Positions 61,869 through 64,000 of a DNA stretch of 64,000 nucleotides are shown here, in pieces. Source of the DNA: a bacterium (GTDB lineage Bacteria; Zhuqueibacterota; Zhuqueibacteria; Residuimicrobiales; Krinioviventaceae); the NCBI GenBank assembly GCA_963674595.2, contig CAXXFV010000016.1, positions 384,001 through 448,000 on the forward strand, given 5' to 3'. The stretch's first letter is position 1. Each line of letters begins with the position of its first letter. The notes under the pieces are model-generated. The model did no database searches and was not told where the DNA came from. It saw only the letters and a program-made list of their open reading frames with translations. The position numbers and the translations under genes were made by a program.

Positions 61869-63185
61869 TTATAATAAATCACTTGCCAGTTCCGCCAGAA
61901 TCGACCTTTCACCTTTTTCAAGATTTACATGGGCGTATAACTTCTGGCCTTTCATACGGTCTATCAGATAATTCAGACCGGTAGAGTACTGGTCAAGATA
62001 GGGTGAATCTATTTGTTGCGGATCACCGGTTAATACTATTTTTGTTCCTTCACCGGCCCGCGTAATGATGGTTTTAATTTCGTGAGAAGTCAGGTTTTGT
62101 GCTTCATCCACGATGAAAAATATATGGTTCAGACTGCGTCCGCGGATATATGCCAGCGGGGCAATTTCAAGTTTGTTGGTGTCCAGCATTTCCTGAATTT
62201 GCTGATAGGACTTTTCTTTTTCTTTGAACTGATTACGAATGACACCCAGGTTGTCGTAAAGCGGCTGCATATAAGGATCAACTTTCGATTCAACGTCTCC
62301 GGGAAGAAATCCAAGGTCTTTGTTGGACAGGGCGACAATGGGCCTGGCTAAATAAATTTGCCGATAGGCGCTTCTCATTTCAAGCGCGGCTGCCAATGCC
62401 AGCAGGGTCTTTCCAGTACCCGCTTTACCGCTTAGTGTCACGAGTTGTATGTCCGGATTCATCAAGGCATGCAAAGAAAAGATTTGCTCCGCATTCCTGG
62501 GTGTAATACCATAGGCCTGCGTTTTTTCAACTCGCTGCAGCATCTTTGTTGACGGATTGTAATAAGTCAATATGGATTTGGAACTATTTCGCAGCACAAA
62601 GTATTCGTTCGCGGTTGGATTTTCTATCGGGGTTTCGGCAACTGAAACTTCATAGGGGGCGGTATATAATATATCAATCAATTCTGAGGGCACATTTTCT
62701 ATCAGTCGTTTGCCTTTGTACAGTTTTTCCACGTCTTTAATCTTATCCGAGTAATAATCCTGGGCATTGAGTCCAAGAGATTTTGCCTTTAAACGCAGAT
62801 TAACATCTTTGGTGACAAAGATAACATTCTGTTTGGGATTATTTTTTTGTTGAAACAGGGCCGCACTGAGAATACGGTGATCCGGTTTTTGCTCAACAAA
62901 GGCTTCTTTTACTTCCGGTTCATCGCTAAGATTTGTTAAAATGGAAATGTTGCCAAGTCCTTGGCCGATACTTGCACCTTCGGTTACAAGTTTTTCTCCG
63001 GGCAGTGTGTCCAGTAATCGAATAAATTCCCTGGCATGAAAGTTTAACTGATCGTGGCCTTTTTTAAAGGCGTCCAGTTCTTCCAAAACGGTAATGGGAA
63101 TAATAATATCGTTATCATCAAAATGAAAAACGCAATTCGGGTCATGTAAAATGACATTTGTGTCCAATACAAAAGTTTTTTTCAT
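61869..63185 (-). CDS. PIN-PhoH (PhoH2/YlaK-like) protein
   Basis: VLDTNV PIN domain; GKAGTGKT, YIRGRS and DEAQNL. Confidence 0.92.
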   Translation of the reverse strand: MKKTFVLDTNVILHDPNCVFHFDDNDIIIPITVLEELDAFKKGHDQLNFHAREFIRLLDTLPGEKLVTEGASIGQGLGNISILTNLSDEPEVKEAFVEQKPDHRILSAALFQQKNNPKQNVIFVTKDVNLRLKAKSLGLNAQDYYSDKIKDVEKLYKGKRLIENVPSELIDILYTAPYEVSVAETPIENPTANEYFVLRNSSKSILTYYNPSTKMLQRVEKTQAYGITPRNAEQIFSLHALMNPDIQLVTLSGKAGTGKTLLALAAALEMRSAYRQIYLARPIVALSNKDLGFLPGDVESKVDPYMQPLYDNLGVIRNQFKEKEKSYQQIQEMLDTNKLEIAPLAYIRGRSLNHIFFIVDEAQNLTSHEIKTIITRAGEGTKIVLTGDPQQIDSPYLDQYSTGLNYLIDRMKGQKLYAHVNLEKGERSILAELASDLL

Positions 63186-63257
63186 AGGCTGGGTTTCCCG
63201 TTGGTGTTGTGTTTTTTTACAAGATATATTTTTAAATCATCTAGATCAATGATTTTT

Positions 63258-64000
63258 TTAGGACACAATTTCCCCAACCAGCACATGGGCGCTCGCTTTT
63301 TTAATTCTTACTTGTAACAAGTCACCAATTTTATAATTACCTTTTGGAACAATCACCAGTTTATTGCCGTCGTTTCGTCCCTGCATTTCGTTTTTCGATT
63401 TTTTGGTTGAATCACTTTCCAAAAGGATTGTGTGTATTTGTCCGATATGGGCCTTGTTTTTCTTTAAGGAAATCTGTTTTTGAATTTCATTAAGCCGAAT
63501 GATGCGTTCGGTTTTTGCTTGTTCTGAAATATCATCTTTATATTTTTTTTGTGCTATTGTCCCTTCCCGCACCGAATATTTAAAAATAAATGCCGAATCA
63601 TACTGAACTTTTTCCACCACTTTAACAGTGTCTTCAAACTCTGCTTCTGTCTCTGTTGGAAAACCGACAATAATATCTGTTGTAAAAACCATATCCGCAT
63701 AATGGGATTTTATATCGTCAACCAGTGCCAAATAATCTTCCTGGCTATAAGTTCTTCGCATCATGTCCAGTATCCGGGTGTTTCCCGCCTGAAGCGGCAG
63801 GTGGATATGTTTACAGACTTTGGGATTCGTCGCTACAACTTTAATCAATGAACGCGGAAAATCCTTGGGATGGGGTGACGTGAAACGAATTCTTTCCAGT
63901 CCGTCTATTTCACTGACTTTTTCCAGCAGGTATGGAAAGTCCTTGCCGTCATGGTTATAGGAGTTGACGTTTTGGCCCAAAAGAGTGACCTGTGGAAATC
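63258..64000 (-). CDS. miaB: tRNA ms2i6A37 methylthiotransferase MiaB (5'-truncated)
   Basis: GQNVNSY, RFTSPHPKD, HLPLQAG, TDIIVGFPTET and a C-terminal TRAM domain. Confidence 0.93.
   Translation of the reverse strand, partial: FPQVTLLGQNVNSYNHDGKDFPYLLEKVSEIDGLERIRFTSPHPKDFPRSLIKVVATNPKVCKHIHLPLQAGNTRILDMMRRTYSQEDYLALVDDIKSHYADMVFTTDIIVGFPTETEAEFEDTVKVVEKVQYDSAFIFKYSVREGTIAQKKYKDDISEQAKTERIIRLNEIQKQISLKKNKAHIGQIHTILLESDSTKKSKNEMQGRNDGNKLVIVPKGNYKIGDLLQVRIKKASAHVLVGEIVS

Noticed and set aside
523-63851. Many short antisense or alternate-frame ORFs in the six-frame track
   Set aside because: They overlap well-supported genes and lack motifs or RBS; treated as shadow ORFs.

Overview
AT-rich bacterial chromosome segment. 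The gene content (FlgD-Ig/T9SS-type C-terminal domains, a C25 peptidase with PorV, TonB-dependent receptors, sigma54 enhancer-binding proteins) suggests an FCB-group lineage such as KSB1 or Calditrichota (inference). The main block (about 4.0-35.5 kb) has two cytoplasmic histidine kinases, an NtrC-family activator and a stand-alone receiver protein. These are followed by a sigma54-promoter-led, roughly 26 kb co-directional polysaccharide/surface-protein cluster: two secreted proteins, Wza, a chain-length protein, an XRE regulator, an ExeA-type ATPase, a degenerate BY-kinase, Wzy/ligase, Wzx, glycosyltransferases, an AlgD-like dehydrogenase and a GT-C transferase. The cluster ends in a C25 (gingipain/PorU-like) peptidase and a PorV-family gene. 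This layout resembles a PEP-CTERM/exosortase EPS locus, but with T9SS-type sorting parts where the exosortase would be. The 8.68-9.44 kb intergenic region holds two copies of a structured RNA-like motif with covarying stems. One copy lies in the operon leader. The other sits between a minus-strand sigma70 promoter and a terminator-like U-tract, so it may be an antisense sRNA that targets the leader. The rest of the window contains housekeeping and envelope genes (MGMT-like, nth, queT, ylxR/L7Ae, a second two-component system, two TonB-dependent receptors, LuxR/hemerythrin, BlaI/BlaR1-TonB, outer-membrane barrels, an aminotransferase, PhoH2, partial miaB). A second conserved long-leader motif occurs twice (53.5 and 60.2 kb). 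Several small frameshifts, mostly in homopolymers, look like long-read errors. I saw no rRNA, tRNA, CRISPR array or transposase.
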